Sequence record: LC765218.1
Reading direction: 5' to 3' (one strand)
From: Pseudomonas phage BRkr
Length of the DNA stretch: 64,000 nt
The notes beneath the pieces were generated by a model that saw only the letters and a list, made by a program, of their open reading frames with translations, was not told the origin of the DNA and ran no database searches. This document shows positions 62,650 to 64,000 of this stretch, piece by piece. Numbering within the stretch: the stretch's first letter is position 1; each line of letters opens with the position of its first letter. The position numbers were made by a program, and so were the translations under genes.

Positions 62650-63405
62650 ATGACATCTCCATTCGTAATGTCCCGTATCCATAAAGAGATCGCTGATGGT
62701 CTTTCTCTTGGCACTGTAGATATCGGACGCAAACCACTGGAGTTCGTATTTTGCACCCCCAGTTATGAAGAGTTTCAAGAACTCGTAGCTATCTCTGATT
62801 TTGTCAAGCAACTTGGACATGACCTTAAAGTGTTTCATGGTACGCTTGATGCACTCGGAGACCACGCGGACGAGTTTGACTACTACATGACCGCGGGTAA
62901 CTCATACGGGCATATGACCGGTGGATATGATGGTGCCCTAGCTACCCGTTTTGTTAACATGCAGAAAAATGTGGTTCACGATATCAATCGTTTCCACAAC
63001 GGTGAGTTAAACGTAGGTTCCTGTGCTTGCGTTCAATTCACCAAACTTAATGGTATCACTGCAACACTCCTGTACACTCCTACGATGCGTGTTCCTCGCA
63101 GGCTACCCAAAGGTTCGGATGTTCCGTATCTAGCCTCTAAGGCAGCTCTAGATGGCATTGCTGGGTGTGAATGGTACGGTAAACAAAAGAAAGATTCTTT
63201 CCGTGTCCTCGGTTGCCTGATGGGAACCGGCACTGGTGTTATTCCAGCCCGAGTAGCTGTAACCCAATTTGCAATTGCGTTGTACAACTATACTTACCCG
63301 TCCAATGTAGAGAAGCTGTTTAAGGATGGTCAACGTACTGACAACGCTATTCGTGAAACCTGGAAAGAAGAGGGCGGGTTCTGGAAACTTCGTCTTGAGG
63401 AATAA
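62650..63405 (+). CDS. macro-domain (ADP-ribose binding/processing) protein (251 aa)
   Basis: YYMTAGNSYGHMTGGYDGALA (macro NAAN..GGGV.GAI), LLYTPTM, and LGCLMGTGTGVIPARVAVTQFAIAL (GxGxxGxP..A motif). Confidence 0.55.
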   Translation: MTSPFVMSRIHKEIADGLSLGTVDIGRKPLEFVFCTPSYEEFQELVAISDFVKQLGHDLKVFHGTLDALGDHADEFDYYMTAGNSYGHMTGGYDGALATRFVNMQKNVVHDINRFHNGELNVGSCACVQFTKLNGITATLLYTPTMRVPRRLPKGSDVPYLASKAALDGIAGCEWYGKQKKDSFRVLGCLMGTGTGVIPARVAVTQFAIALYNYTYPSNVEKLFKDGQRTDNAIRETWKEEGGFWKLRLEE

Positions 63406-63407
63406 AC

Positions 63408-63674
63408 ATGGCATCCTTAATTAGCTATACCCCTGTTGAACGCAAACGAGAATTCGATCTGAAGTACAAACACAATAATAACATCCACTTCGTTATCGAC
63501 AACAGTCACACTGGTAATATGCCGGTCGTGGAATCAGTTGCAGATGGGTTTAAAGTCATCTGTACGGATTATCAGAATTTCAATATGCACCGCCGTGACG
63601 AAAGTCCATATTGGGATCATTTCTACGAAGTAGCTGGTATCCCGAAATCCTACGACCCTGAGGAAAAGAAATGA
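63408..63674 (+). CDS. hypothetical protein (88 aa)
   Basis: GAGGAATAAACATG. Confidence 0.45.
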   Translation: MASLISYTPVERKREFDLKYKHNNNIHFVIDNSHTGNMPVVESVADGFKVICTDYQNFNMHRRDESPYWDHFYEVAGIPKSYDPEEKK

Positions 63675-63979
63675 TTAGTTACGTTGCTGAAAGCACCACT
63701 GAAGATTCGCTGGTTAAATACAAAGTCGACTTCGGTACTATTCCAACTCCCCGTAAACTGATTGCCATTAAGCAAAATGATGAAGTTTTCGAACTGGGTG
63801 AAATCAACACTGATGATAACACTTATCAGTATTACGATAAACGTAATAACCTAGTCGTAGCTGTTGTCAAATATGACGAATTCAATAACAGTATTCGTCT
63901 CCTTACCGAACGTAAACACACTGAGAATTATGAATTCATATTCGGTTCTCACTCGGTGAAATTCAAAGGTGAAAAATGA
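63671..63979 (+). CDS. hypothetical protein (102 aa)
   Basis: ATGA overlap. Confidence 0.45.
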   Translation: MISYVAESTTEDSLVKYKVDFGTIPTPRKLIAIKQNDEVFELGEINTDDNTYQYYDKRNNLVVAVVKYDEFNNSIRLLTERKHTENYEFIFGSHSVKFKGEK

Positions 63980-64000
63980 ACAATCCAACTGTAAACGCTT
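63976..64000 (+). CDS. partial ORF (MNNPTVNA...), continues beyond the window end
   Basis: ATGA overlap with the upstream stop; AAGGTGAAAA SD. Confidence 0.3.

Overview
This window reads as a slice of a phiKZ-like (chimallivirus-type) jumbo phage genome with E. coli-like codon preferences and rho-independent terminators. The main evidence is: (i) two adjacent minus-strand genes (11508-17524) encoding split subunits of a multisubunit-type RNA polymerase, a beta-prime N-terminal fragment carrying the NADFDGD motif and a beta-like C-terminal fragment; (ii) an immediately divergent 2264-aa giant protein with a C-terminal lytic-transglycosylase (SLT) domain, the phiKZ gp181 arrangement; (iii) dozens of short plus-strand early genes, each followed by a stereotyped terminator of the form hairpin + CTTTATGTT, and several preceded by a TATATTAC-type promoter motif. 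Other recognisable products are an SNF2-family helicase interrupted by a LAGLIDADG intein inserted in its P-loop; an NAD-dependent DNA ligase; a dCTP deaminase; a thymidylate kinase with a long C-terminal extension; a QueC-like PP-loop ATPase next to a DprA-like protein; a dual-specificity/Tyr phosphatase; an AAA ATPase; a DEDDh exonuclease; an SspB-like ClpX adaptor homolog; a macro-domain protein; a ~1000-aa tail fibre; and four tandem paralogous FN3-containing proteins. There are no rRNA or tRNA genes and no CRISPR arrays. All homology calls come from motifs read by eye; nothing was searched against a database.
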